64,000 bases of DNA from Gracilinanus agilis (GCF_016433145.1 NC_058131.1:244211865-244275864); one strand, 5' to 3'; shown: positions 1-11,898, numbered from the stretch's first letter. The notes: a model not told the origin generated them from the letters alone. Made by a program: numbers and translations.

Positions 1-19
1 CTGTATCTTATTTACCTTT

Positions 20-1030
20 TCAGGTTTCTCTCGATTTTTGTGGTTGGATATCAAACTTTCCATTTAGCCCTGGTCTTTTCTGTGCAAATACCTGGAATTC
101 TTCAATTTTGTTGAATGCCCATACTTTCCCCTGGAAATATATAGTCAATTTTGATGGGTAGTTGATCCGTGGTTGCAGGCCCAGCTCTCTTGCCTTTCTG
201 AATATTGTATTCCACGCCTTGCGGTCTTTTAGTGTTGAGGCTGCCAGATCTTGTGTGATCCTGATTGGTGCTCCTTGATATTTGAATTGTTTCTTTCTGG
301 CTTCTTGTAAGATTTTTTCTTTTGCTTGGAAACTCTTGAATTTTGCAATGATATTTCTTGGTGTTTTCCTTTCTTGATCGAATGCCGCAGGTGTTCTATG
401 AATCCTTTCAATGTCTATATTGCCCTCTTGTTGTAGGACTTCAGGGCAATTTTGCTGAATAATTTATTTTAGTACGGAGTCCAGGTTTCTATTAATTTCT
501 GGTTGTTCTGGAAGACCAATTATTCTCACGTTGTCTCTTCTAGACCGGTTTTCTTGGTCTGTCACTCTCTCATTGAGATATTTCATATTTCCTTCTATTT
601 TTTCAGTCTTTTGACTTTGTTTTATTTGTTCTTGTTGTCTTGAGAGATCGTTAGCTTCTAATTGCTCGATTCTAGCCTTTAGGGACTGGTTTTCCTTTTC
701 AATCTGGTCATTTCTAGTGTTCAATTTGCTTATCAGTTCATTTGATTTCTGAGCCTCACTTTCCAATTGCAAGATTCTACCTTTTAAACTGTTATTTTCT
801 TGCCAGATCTCTTCCATTTTCCTCAAAATCTCAGTTTTGAACTCTTCCATAGCTTGTGAGGAGTTTTCCTTATTTGAGGAGGGTCCGGATGCTTGTTTGT
901 TCTCCTCTTCTGTTTGCTCGGTTGTCTGGATTTTCTCTGTGTAAAAGCTGTCCAGTGTTAAAGACTTCTTTTTCTTGTTATTATTATTCTTTCTCTTCTG
1001 AACTTCCTGAGGCTGATGAGTAGCCATCAT
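20..1030 (-). pseudogene. L1 ORF1 (336 codons) disabled by one in-frame TAA at 466-464
   Basis: Frame continues past the TAA without frameshift: IIQQNCPEVLQQEGNIDIERIHRTP...RITQDLAASTLKDRKAWNTIF...YPSKLTI...QKSRET, ending TGA at 22-20. Confidence 0.92.
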
Positions 1031-1663
1031 TAGCCCAGCAGCTTCTCAGATTTATCCTCGCGCTCAGAGTCTGTTCGCGATCTATTGGCTCCTGAGGTCT
1101 GAGTTCTGGTTTTTTCCCAAGGTCAAGCCCCCTGGTGGGCCCTCTTGCTTGATCCTCTGTGGGAGGTTTCTTTACAAGTCTCAGGGCGCTGCTTCCACAG
1201 TCGTATACCTGTCTGCACTGGTTCCCCACTTAGGCTTTAGTTCCTGGCTGTGTCTGCCTCCACCCACGCCTCTGCTCAACGGGCACTCTGCGCCCAGCGT
1301 CCTACTCCGGCGCGCGTGCTCAGATTTTGCGTGCGTTTTTTGACTTAATGGGGTCCTAAGTCTTGCTGCTCTCAGGAACAGGTCCCGGAGCTGCCGATGA
1401 CTCGATGGGTGCCCCAAACTTGCTCTATTTCTTTTTAGCTGGGTTCGGAGCTATAGATGAGTGTGGAGGGGGTGGGGGTGGGGCGGTTGCTCAGCCCGCG
1501 ATTTAGCGAGAGCCCTTTATAGCCTGGAAATGTCTCGATTCCACGTACCTTCCACGCTGTGCCCTGTTGTGGGGTTCCTCCGTTCATCTGGACTTGTTTT
1601 TATGTCCCCTTGAGGAGTTTTGTGTGTTTCGGTCAGGAGAGGTTAAGAGCTGCTTCTTACTCT

Positions 1664-1674
1664 GCCGCCATCTT
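1664..1674 (-). promoter_or_regulatory. YY1 consensus AAGATGGCGGC at the L1 5' end
   Basis: Perfect motif about 11 nt from the L1 start, similar in position to the YY1 site of human L1. Confidence 0.7.
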
Positions 1675-1972
1675 AACCCGGAACCTTAAATGTTTTTTGA
1701 CTGAATTACAGAACAGTCTATTTTGGCAAATATACTATTCAAATCCACTTGTTACTTGATCTTAAACATCTTCTGGATGCAATAGTCCAGCTTCAACAAC
1801 AAACAGGAGAAAGGATGAATGCTGTGTGGCCTGCACTAGAAGACAAAACAGGTTTCAGGGATCCCAAAGAACATTGGGAGATGGAAATCTGAAAAGAAAA
1901 TGATACTAGACAAACAGCCAGAAATGGACAGAAAGTGATAACACCAAAGTCTCATTCTTGAATATGTATTTT

Positions 1973-1978
1973 TTTACT
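1973..1978 (-). terminator. Putative distal poly(A) signal, variant AGTAAA
   Basis: Minus strand reads TGTACATTTTTGTATGTTAA...CAGTAAAAAAATACATATTCAAG, then the GU/U-rich GACTTTGGTGTTATCACTTTCTGT. No AATAAA nearby. Canonical AATAAA occurs upstream at 3058-3053 and 3794-3789. Confidence 0.5.
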
Positions 1979-2103
1979 GAAAAAATCATTCATAAATTAA
2001 CATACAAAAATGTACAAACACATGAGTAAATAAGATAATGACAAAGGACTACTTTTGTGAAAAGTGTGTGGTCTGTTTTTTGTTTTTAAAATATCTTTAG
2101 AGT

Positions 2104-2113
2104 TCAGTGCAAA
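2104..2113 (-). promoter_or_regulatory. Overlapping miRNA seed matches TTTGCACTGA (miR-148/152 8mer, miR-130/301 7mer-m8, miR-19 7mer-m8)
   Basis: Plus-strand tcagtgcaaa. A second TTGCACTG occurs at 2611-2618. Seed match only. Confidence 0.45.
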
Positions 2114-4935
2114 AATGTACCCCTGGCACCTCTTAAAAACATAAAGGACAAGTTCAAAAAACCTAGTGATGGACAAAAGTGACCTACATTTTGATGCCAT
2201 CTGAAATTGTGACTATAGATAAGCCATATTTGGAGCTGATGCTCAGCTATAATCAGGAAAGAACCTCTGGCAAGGATTCTAAACCAGTTTTTAGCCAATA
2301 GAATCCCCATATAAATTTGTAAAGGGGGGCAAAAAGGGTTTGGGGAGATTGGGACAGGAAACTGACTTCCATTTTTCATCTGTTCCCTCCTCTTTAGCCT
2401 CCTGAAGGAGGGACTATTCAGTGACCCTGTAGAATTCTAGCTGCCAAAAATCCTACGAATGATTTTGGATTTTTCTGCACTGGCGGCTTTTGTTTATAAA
2501 ATGAGCCTCTTTTACACCATTAACAAAACATACACTTGCCTGTATGTTTTTGTTTTTTAAACAATCACATTCATTCTTACCACATTTGACTTATGTGATA
2601 AATGACTAAACAGTGCAACATTAGGAGATTCTGCCTTTATAAAAAAAAAAAAAAAAGAAAGATTGCAAATGAATACAAGTGATTCTGTTTTATGCAATGA
2701 AATAGACCTTTTTCAGGTTGTGTCTCAATCAGCTCCTTCAACCCCTCTTCCAATCAGGTGACACTTTGGGGCAAACACTGTCCCAGATGGCAAATATTTT
2801 CAAAACAGAACTTTGTTACTAATTGACATCAGTTTAAAATCTTGGCTTACACATATATCACCCACTGTGCAGAGGATATTTCAATTAAAAAGCTAAAGAG
2901 CAAATCAATCCAATATATCCTTGACCATCACATTAGTACAGTGCTTACATTTCCAATGCTTAGAAAGGGAGAGCTTGGGGTTAACAATTTGAAATGGCCC
3001 TTTGCATTTCCTAAGGGAGAGGGGTGGAAAGGCAAGGGAACAAAATCAAATCTTTATTGCTATGTGCTCTATTAACAAAAATTCTGTGTATAATGTTCCC
3101 TCATAAAGTTTTTGTAAAGCACGTGTGTTCAAAATATATTTAAAACATGACAGATTACCAGCTTTCTCAAGAACAGTTTCCTGCACTCTCATATGAGCTG
3201 ATAAGTATGACAACCAATAATACCATATTTTCTAGATACCAATTGAGTCCTCAAGAGACAAAAAACCAAAAACAACCAGACTTGGCCAATCACACCCACA
3301 CCCAATGGGGATGGGGATCATATGTCCATGGACCCAAAAACATGCAACAACAGAAAAAAGAATTCCCACATCTGTACACACTTATGTAAACCATGAAAAT
3401 TATGGAAGTAGAAGGCAAAATAAGGCAAATGAGCAAAAGGAAAATATGAAGTACTTTTCAGAGAGGATTCCCAATCACAATATATATAAATATAGTTTAT
3501 GTTAAGAAGTAATAACAAATCAGACATTTTGGGAGATCTTTTTGGGTCCTATAGAAACTGGTGAATTGAGTTGTATACACACACAAAAATTAAAGACACC
3601 AACAAAAATGTAATTTGGAATCAGGCCTCAAAAAGCAGGAGATCTGAACAGTATTTTCATTCTCAAGCTTTCTCTGACTGTTGCCAGTGTGTTACTTGGT
3701 CAATATTCTCCTTTTTGTTGTGCTTTTGCTCATTGACTGACATATTTATATCATCTACTCCCTGGCAGAATTTTAAAGATTTCAAATGTTTATTAATGAT
3801 TAAGAAAAAAAAACATTTTTGAAAAGAATAAAGACCAATGTGAGGAGGAACCATGGAAGTCATTGGTAATTGAGGAATAAACTTGAGTGGCTAGCATTTT
3901 TCCAGAGAGCTGAAACTTCTCTGATAGAGCAAAGTTGAGCAATGGTCTCAGAGAGAGTTTGGGGTACATGCACAAGCTTTTGAGAGGGATCTGGCTCTGG
4001 GCAGGCACAGTCATGTTTCATATCCTCCAGGGGCAAGGGGAGTAACTAAGAAAAGGGGTCCACAACAAGAGTCAACATCAAAAGCTGAGGCCAGAAAGGG
4101 GAAATGGAGGAGACATCTGCTACAAAAGATATGAAACAGACAAATCAGATGTTTTGTTACTTTTTGAAATGTCACCCCAAGAAGCCAGAATTTTGATGAT
4201 AAAATAATGACACACTGCAACTACATTTAAACTAAGCCTGGCACCTGTCAACTAAATAAGTGATTGAATATGTAAACTCTCTGCTTGAATTCGAGTCAAT
4301 AGTAAAATTAAATTAAAAAAAAAAAAAGAGGCAATTTACACAGCTTATTTACACTTTTGCTTCTTCAAGAAGCGACAGTTATATATCTCTATATACCCTC
4401 TCCCTCCCCCCATAAGTAATTAAAACAAAACAAAACAAAACAAAAAAACCATCATAAATGGAGCAGGATGGATGAGGAGTGGTTCAATTACTCTTCCAGA
4501 AAGGCAGCTTGCCCTAGTAGTGGGATTGCTTCTTTGCCTCCAAAAGCAAAGATGAAGATGTCATTTAGAAGAACAAGCTCCGTGGCAGGACGATGACCAT
4601 ATCTGATCACAGTTCTGGACCTGGAGATTGTGGCTGAAACAGGACATAGGGATTTGGTAGGTAGGGAGGAGGTGCGGTGGAAAGAAGAGCAGGACAGACT
4701 TTCATCACTGGAAAATAGAAAGCGAGTCCTGATGAATGAGGCTCCCAAACTGGCAACACAATCCAACTAGACCTGGGGCGCGAAGACATTTTGTGCGTGC
4801 ATTTTGCAGTACTATTCTTCAAACCCTGTGATCCTTCACCAGCCTGAGTATTCCTGTTCTCTTCCTGTGTAGATTCACAAAACATCTCACCAGGTTTTCT
4901 TGGTGATGGGTAAAGCAAACTGATCTCTTTTCCCC

Positions 4936-5083
4936 TTAATATTCATTCACCTGAGCCAGCTCTGGTGTCAAGTTTACAGTTATATTTTTATACAAGGCGT
5001 CATATGTGATGTTTGCAAAGTAGTTCAAGTTATTGAGGCCATCCAGAGCCTGTCTTTCCTTTGATTTCCTCAGTAGTGCATAC
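4936..5083 (-). CDS. B4GALT5: B4GALT5 exon 9 coding part (148 nt incl. TAA): YALLRKSKERQALDGLNNLNYFANITYDALYKNITVNLTPELAQVNEY*
   Basis: Acceptor gaacag|G TAT GCA; stop TAA at 4938-4936; C-terminal part of ORF-track hit 4936-5187. Confidence 0.97.
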
Positions 5084-5134
5084 CTGTTCAAGGACAAAAC
5101 ACCAATATGCTCAGTTCTAAAGTTAAATCCAGTG

Positions 5135-5182
<48 letters not shown>
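5135..5182. repeat. Compound microsatellite (GTCT)n(CT)n in intron 8
   Basis: Seen directly. Confidence 0.95.
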
Positions 5183-5403
5183 AACATTTCATTGGGGAAG
5201 GGGGACAGAAAAGACAGTAGAACATGTAACAGAAAACTCTGGAAAGGGCTTCAATTTAAAGTATCATTTTCTGTTTTCTGTTTAGAAGATACCATAATGA
5301 CTCTGACCAACAAGATTTTTAAAGTGATATTCGTAATTACAATCACCCATCTGGACTGATCCAGAAAAGACAATGAAAAACACAAATTCATACTTTCTCA
5401 GGA

Positions 5404-5522
5404 AAGCTAGATAGTATGGCTGGTAAAGGGCCAGGCCTGGAGTCAAGAGGATCTAGGTTCAAATTTGACCTCAGACACTTCCTAGTTGTGTAATCCTGGG
5501 CAAGTCACTTAACCCTGTTTGA
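5404..5522 (+). mobile_element. MIR/CORE-type SINE fragment
   Basis: ggttcaaat B-box and ctgggcaagtcacttaacc CORE motif. Confidence 0.8.
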
Positions 5523-5669
5523 CTATTTTTTTAAAAAATCATATTCTTTGTGAGCCAGCAAAAACTGGCTACCAGTAGGAGAAAGACAATAACAAGGACA
5601 CTAGAAAGTCAGCAAGACCTGCAAGAACCAAGACTTGTGAGATATATGTGTGTTTATGCATGCGCACGT

Positions 5670-5671
<2 letters not shown>

Positions 5672-5722
<51 letters not shown>
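5672..5722. repeat. (AC)~25 microsatellite preceded by an alternating purine-pyrimidine tract
   Basis: Seen directly. Confidence 0.95.
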
Positions 5723-5725
<3 letters not shown>

Positions 5726-6035
5726 TGTTACAAAGGCAAGGTAAGATATGGAAAGATCTTCATTTAGATAAAAGCTGATGAATTCCCAAAAGACTACGGA
5801 ACAGATGGCGAAATGTAAGAAATGGAATTACCATCTTCTTTGAAAGATTTCACTGTCAATTTTCAATGACAGCCTGGCATTCATGCCAGCATTCTACTTA
5901 AACAATGAAGGTAGAATTTCAAGCATTGTGAAGCAGCTGCCATTAAATAGATCTTAGAGGCAGAAGTGAATTGAAACCTTTAGGGACAGATAGCATTGAG
6001 GATATCTTTGTGATGAACAAAGAAATTATACTTAC

Positions 6036-6137
6036 CTCCCTAAAAACTGCACTTCTCCTCGATGGTGGTGAGGGATAGATTTATACTTCCCAGTGTCACC
6101 TTCTGGTCGGCTCACTGAGTAGCCTGCATTCTGTACT
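6036..6137 (-). CDS. B4GALT5: B4GALT5 exon 8 (102 nt): VQNAGYSVSRPEGDTGKYKSIPHHHRGEVQFLGR
   Basis: Acceptor ttttag|A GTA CAG; donor GGG AG|gtaagt. Confidence 0.97.
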
Positions 6138-7770
6138 CTAAAAGACAAAGAGGACTAGATTTTAGATTACGATATAGATTTTAGAGGTGAGGAGAGGGAA
6201 ATGGGAAGGAGGAGAGAAAGGGGAAGAGTTCCAGAGAAACAGAAGAGACAGCTTTTAATACATAGCTCCAATCACAGTTAAGTGACTACAGAAGTCCCAC
6301 TGCCCCTTTGAACTTTGAGCAGGTTCAAGGTTCTAATAAACCCTGAAGAAAGACAAATTTTCTGGCATTAAACTAATTGAGGATTAATAACGCTCAGTAT
6401 GAAAGGAACAATAACAAGTGTCTCCAATGAGTAACATAGCATATCTAACCTATGATGTACTGATTAGGCTAACACAGAGATTTGTTTATGGCATCCAGCA
6501 TCCAACTAGAGATCGTTCCTCTAAAACTCCCTAGAGAATAATTTGTCAATCTATTTCTAAGGATCCTGGAAACACAAAGATGACTGCTCTCTTGCTAGGG
6601 TGAATAGCATGACACAATTTCCTAGAATTTTGAGTTGGAAGGGACCTCTCAATCCTAGATATCAAACTTCTTTGGCCTAAGGCACAAGTTTCAAAATAAA
6701 AAAAAAACAAACTGCCATTTACAAACTCACAGGATAAACTAATCTAGAAGGGAATATTAGCAGCTTATATTTTCTGATGGAATTTTACAATTGATAAAGT
6801 GGGCTAAAATGAGTTATTAACTCATTAAAGAGGCAGGCAGTATGGCATTGTAGATACATTTCTGAATTAGATACAGGAAGACCTGGGTTCATCAACCTCA
6901 AGAACTATTATAAATAAAGACTGCCTGGCTCTTGCTTTTTGCATTTTCACTCAACAGTTTCCCAAGCTGATGAAATAACATATTTGCTTGTGTATAGATA
7001 AGGAAATGAGGTTCAGAGAAATGAAATGAATTGTCCAGGACTATACACAGAAAAAATAAAAACTTGCTTTAAACCAGAATTTGAACTCAGGTCTCCTGAT
7101 GTGTAGCATTTTCTTTATATTATACTACCTTCTCTGGCTCATTTGGTAGAATGTGAGGATACTTAAGAACACTTAACAGTCATCAGAGCTGGTTGCCTAC
7201 ATTGTATCTCAAAAGCTAAATGCCTTAGGTTCATCTTATGAAATAAATGAATTTTTTTCATTTAAAAAATCTATATGCTCTTTTTTCCTCTGCTTTATTT
7301 TGTCTGATCCCCACCCAACATAATCAATATACATTTTGCTGGGTTCTCCTCCAAGGATAACAATCTTTACCTTTGGACATCAGCAAGCACTCTGTGGTGC
7401 TTCTCTCATGCGTTTCCCATTTATTGTTCTATGTGACAGATATCTGGGTTTCAGTCCAGAATGTAAACTCCATGAGGGGCAGGTACATTATTTATACTTT
7501 CTACTTCAACCAGTGCTGAGGAAATTTGCTTCTTTTTGGTTAAAAACAAAACATGTTTTTCCAAATCCATGTGTCCAACCCCTCCAAATGATAAGAGCTC
7601 ACATTTACATTAGGGTTTTCAAAGTCTTTCCTGAGAAAAAAGACATGAAGGGAAGGAGCGCAAGGAATACCTCCCTTTTTAATAATGAAGTTCCAGCCAA
7701 ACAAAAAACCTAGGCCCACATGACTGACCAAGATAGGTCAGTCTTTGATAGTCTCAGAAAGAAATAATAC

Positions 7771-7893
7771 CTGTTCCAGAGGTCATCATCTTCTCCACCC
7801 CAGCCCCAGAATGCATTAGGAAAGCCATTAATTTTCTGAAACTGCTCTACTGTTAAGCCGCTCACTCCACCAAAAAACTCATTATAAGGAAGC
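7771..7893 (-). CDS. B4GALT5: B4GALT5 exon 7 (123 nt): LPYNEFFGGVSGLTVEQFQKINGFPNAFWGWGGEDDDLWNR
   Basis: Acceptor ttttag|G CTT CCT; donor AAC AG|gtatta; WGWGGEDDD catalytic motif. Confidence 0.98.
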
Positions 7894-8029
7894 CTAAAAG
7901 AGAAATCATACCATTAATATAAATCATCTATCTGTATATTTTATTTAACCAGTTATTTTTTCACTTTTACAGCAGGAATGTTCTATGGAATCCATCTTGT
8001 TCCAACTACAACAATGGTTTCCTCTTTTA

Positions 8030-8205
8030 AAAACTCTTATCTTCTATCTTAGTAACTCTAAGACAGAAGAGTGGCAAGGGCCAGGCAACTGGGGTTAAGT
8101 GACTTGTGCAGGGTTATATAGCTAAGAGGTATCTGAGACTAGATTTGAATCCAGGTTCTCCCACCTCTGGGCCTGGCACTCTATCTACTATGCTACCTAA
8201 CTGAC
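8030..8205 (-). mobile_element. Marsupial CORE-SINE (SINE1_Mdo/MAR-like)
   Basis: aagacagaagagtggcaaggg...ggttaagtgacttg...gatttgaatcc pattern. Confidence 0.85.
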
Positions 8206-8733
8206 CCTACAAGTTTTCTGGGCTGCTCTCTAGAGCTACACAGTGATGGTCATGTCAATTTTTCTCTTATGCCACCTCTGTTCCTTTCCACTGCACTCTT
8301 CATATTGAACTATGATAAAGTTTGATACTGTGTGGTTACTATTGACTCTCTTTTTCTATCTCCATCCTGCCCAACAGCTAGTTACCAAATTCCTGCCCAA
8401 CAGCTAGTGATCCCCTCTCCATAATACTGGTCACAGTTAGCCTTTATTTTCTCCATTTTCAATGCCACCCACTAGCCTAAGCCCTCATTACCACAGGTCT
8501 AGATTACTGCCTCAATAGTCCCCCAAATGAGTCATCTTACTTCCAAACCATCCTTCATACTGCCACCAATAGGGTTATTTGACTCCAGCCCAAAAGCCTA
8601 TCAGCTCTGGAGTAAAGTAAATGGTATTGAAAGGTTTCCAGAATCCAGCATCAGTCTGAGTTTGATATTACTACCTTAAAACCACTCTCTACACCAGCCA
8701 AATCAGACTACTTTCTTACTCTGAATATACCCT

Positions 8734-9382
8734 TGTCGACCTGGAATCCAGTAGCCCCCGAACTTGTAACCAGAAAGATTTAATGGACCCCAGTTTACTT
8801 AGCTCAAAGGTGAAAGCCCCGGGTTTGACCTTGTCCCATGATGGCTCTTCCCTGAGGGAAAGTCCAACTTCACTAGTCTCAGACTGACAATGGACCTTAA
8901 AGGAGTTTAGGTGGGAATGGCTAATTCCATCAGATGTTAAGTATCTCTTTTAACTCAAAGGTTTCTCTCCTTAGGCCAAAGCCCTTTACCAAAGTGGCAA
9001 AGTCCTTGGCTGGGTCTTTCCCTTTTGGTGTCCATTGTAAAGCATCAATGCCTCACTGTTATTCCTGCCTGAGAATCCTCATTTTTCTTTGTTGCCATAG
9101 TAAAGTCAATCAACTATGCCTCTTATCCTCAGTCCCCATCTTCTCCTAGAAAGATATTTAAGCATCCCAACTTTAATGGCTCCTTGGAATTGTCCAATCT
9201 AGCCGATTTGGCTTTCCCAAGGGGTCAGGGACCAGAGCATCCAGAGTTCAATCCTGAGACTCTGCATAGGCTTGTGGCATGCAGTTCTATGTAGAGGCCT
9301 AACTCAGCCCTGTACCCCTTTCCTTATTAAAGAGTGGCTTTTCTGACTATTTAATAGTTCTATGGTTTTTTCCCAGTCAACA
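8734..9382 (+). mobile_element. Solo ERV LTR (649 bp) with 5-bp TSD ACCCT
   Basis: Termini TGTCGAC...GTCAACA; ACCCT at 8729-8733 and 9383-9387; ATTAAA near 9326. Confidence 0.85.
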
Positions 9383-9391
9383 ACCCTATCT

Positions 9392-9646
9392 CAGCAACAG
9401 CGAACCTTTTAGAGAACCTGTGCCATGCATTACTGTCCCACCCCCCCACCACTCCATTCTTGCCCATTGTCGTACCCCCAGATAGGGATAGAAGTGAAAA
9501 ATTGTCCTCAGTGTGGTAAAGAGGGGGAAGGGAGCAGCTCCCCCAAATCACACTGCCTTTCTGGTAATGAACTCTGGCAGGGGGATAGCTTATATGCCCA
9601 CATAGAGGGCTGTGTGTCCAAAAGGGGAATAGGTTCACCATCATGG
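9392..9646. mobile_element. hAT MITE, OposCharlie1-like, degenerate
   Basis: Ends cagcaacagcgaacctttt / ataggttcaccatcatgg; degraded TSD ccctatct/ccctaaac; related to 14868-15083. Confidence 0.7.
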
Positions 9647-9814
9647 CCCTAAACCCTCCTAACTCTCATCTTAAATTCCATCCTTCAAAGACCACCTCAA
9701 CTGCCACCTCCTGCTTATAAAAGCCTTCCCATACCCTCCAGTGGTAATAACCTTGAATTTTGAACCAAATGAGTTGGTTCTCTCTAAATGGCCTCTTTAA
9801 ATTTTTTTTTTTTT

Positions 9815-10190
9815 AAACTTACTTTCTGTCCTAGGGACAACTTTAAGACAGAAGGGCAAGGGCTAGACAAACAGGGTAAGTGACTTGCCCAGGGCTATAC
9901 AACTAGGAAGTACCTAAGGTTAGATTTGAACCCAGGTCCCCCTAACTCCAGGTCTAGGTTTCTATCTACTTCAATATTTCTAATGTAATTTTTTAAAACT
10001 CTTATCTTTAAAAAAAAAAAAAACTCTTATCTTCCATCTTAGAATTAATTGGTTCCAAGACATTAGAGTGGTAAGGACTAGGCAATAAGAGTTAAGTGAC
10101 TTGCCCTGGGTCACACAGGACAAGTATCTGAGGCCACATTTGAATTCATCTCTGGGTTAGGCTCTCAGTCCACTGAACCACCCCTCATAC
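9815..10190 (-). mobile_element. Two tandem marsupial CORE-SINEs (~9815-9970, ~10020-10190)
   Basis: Each has a T-rich/A-rich end, aagtgacttgccc core and tttgaa B-box. Confidence 0.85.
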
Positions 10191-10310
10191 ATTTTTAATG
10201 TACTCCTGATCTTTGTGAGCTCCTTTAGGGCAGGAATCAAATCTTTCCTATCATTCATGGAACCCTCCCCCCCTTCCATTGCTAAGCACAGTATTTAGAT
10301 GGTCACTTAC

Positions 10311-10498
10311 AGATACATATACTTATCCAGCTTGGTGGCAAAATGTCTAGGCATTTGCCCACATCCATAATAGTTACGGTCGTTTTCTGGTATATGATCC
10401 ACATCATGAAAAATCAAACAATCCCAATGCAAGTCTCTCATTGCTTCACGAAAGCCAACATTAAAGAGCATGGCACGATTGAAGGGTTGGGTACCAGC
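10311..10498 (-). CDS. B4GALT5: B4GALT5 exon 6 (188 nt): AGTQPFNRAMLFNVGFREAMRDLHWDCLIFHDVDHIPENDRNYYGCGQMPRHFATKLDKYMYL
   Basis: Acceptor tcacag|GCT GGT; donor TAT CT|gtaagt; FNRAMLFNVG and DVD metal-binding motifs. Confidence 0.98.
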
Positions 10499-11898
10499 CT
10501 GTGAAGGGAAGTTTTATTTTTCAGTAGACTCTCACAACACATGCTGCTGCCTCAACAAGGAAAAGCAAATCACATCATCAGCTCTAGCTCTGGCCTTGTC
10601 TTTCTCTAAGTTACCGAGTGACCCAGGACAAATCATTTGACTTTGGTTCCTCAATTTTCTGAGGTGCAATTTAGGGAGAATAGTACCTGCCCATGGGCAA
10701 ATATCTTGAAAAGTACAGAATACTATATAAATGGCAAATTACTACTACTTATGCTCCCCGTGGTCATATTTCCACTTCAACTCTCAAATTATCATCTGGC
10801 CCTTGTCATTCATATTTTTCAGGATAGGTCTAATGGGGGAGGTCATATACAGGAGTACACAGCACTATAAATATGGGCCCTGCAATTTTCCTCCCTCTTC
10901 ACAAGAAAACAAGTAAAAGTCATCAATAAAAATGGTAAGTTTTATGCCTCAACAGCATAGAAACAGAGACTTAACAAAATGAGGGAACATGGTTTTGCTT
11001 AATTACTAGTGGCTAAGAGTGAAGGTATGAATTTTCTTCTGATCATTTCTTCCCTCAAGATATTCTCATTGTGCTAGCCCCACCTAAAATGACTCAGGAA
11101 GCGATGATGCAGATCCAGGGTTGGCTGAGTGAACTTTGTCCCTAAGTGGGCTGATCTGAAACTAAGCAGGGGGACTTTTTGAGCAAGGAAAATATGTACA
11201 AGTAAGTAGGAAATTTCTAAGGTCCTTTTGAGACCAACCTGGGGGGAGGGGGGAGGGGTCACTGAGTATGTTTTATGGAAGACAGAGGGAAGTTGTGTTA
11301 TTGTTACCTCTGCCTAATCAAGCAATTGTTTATCTGAACCTCTGGGCTCCTAACGGTCTATTATACAGAACTTGTTCACCTCCTGAGATACACATTCTAA
11401 ATATTCTATTTATAGGTCCCAGAACACTAGATTACCATAGAGATCTAGTTTATGGGCTTCGTGATATAGATAAAGAAAATGAGGCCCAGAAAGAAGAAAT
11501 TTGGTTTAAGGTCCCAAAGCTATATCCAGAACCAGGCCATCTGGCTTGGAGAACAGGTCCTCTCTCTATACCACAAGGACTCCTGCCTCCTATCACCTTA
11601 AAGCAGCTCCCAGAAAACATGTGCTTAGAGATACTGTCCAAAAAAGCAAAGAACAGTCCCTAGCACCAATATCATGCAAGAAGCCTTTGTTCCAGGGTCA
11701 GTTGCATGGCCTAGCAAACAAACCATCTGTCTCCCACTCAAAGATTTGTCATCAATGAGCAACAGAAACCAGTTAGAGTTATGGAATCATTGTTGCTCCA
11801 CCCCTAGCATTCCTGTAATCATTGAATGGTGAGTCTTAGGTTTTCCTGGCTTTTTACCTGAGGGAGGAGAGTGGCAGTCTACTGACAAACCCACTTAC

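Larger units (their letters stand above)
1..1685 (-). mobile_element. Young LINE-1 (L1_Mdo-like): complete CpG-rich 5' UTR and ORF1, continues off the left edge
   Basis: 5' end GGTTCCGGGTTAAGATGGCGGC; ~655-bp CpG-rich UTR; ORF1p-like coiled coil plus RSRRDNVRIIGLPE motif. Confidence 0.95.
1950..4935 (-). other. B4GALT5: B4GALT5 3' UTR (~3 kb; distal end inferred)
   Basis: Continuous sequence without recognisable TEs after the stop codon. It ends in a U-rich tract, AGTAAA (1978-1973) and a downstream GU/U-rich element. Confidence 0.65.

Noticed and set aside
229-411. 60-aa ORF on the minus strand
   Set aside because: Alternative frame overlapping L1 ORF1; the true frame continues from the 464-1030 ORF through the premature stop.
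984-1417. ORFs in the L1 5' UTR (both strands)
   Set aside because: Expected in GC-rich UTR sequence; no recognisable protein, so no basis to call an ORF0-like product.
4607-4918. 103-aa ORF in the 3' UTR
   Set aside because: No recognisable homology and starts at a non-ATG codon; most likely chance.
5084-5187. N-terminal extension of the exon-9 ORF (MLRERERDRQTDRQ…)
   Set aside because: Translation of an intronic (GA)/(GACA) microsatellite upstream of the real acceptor.
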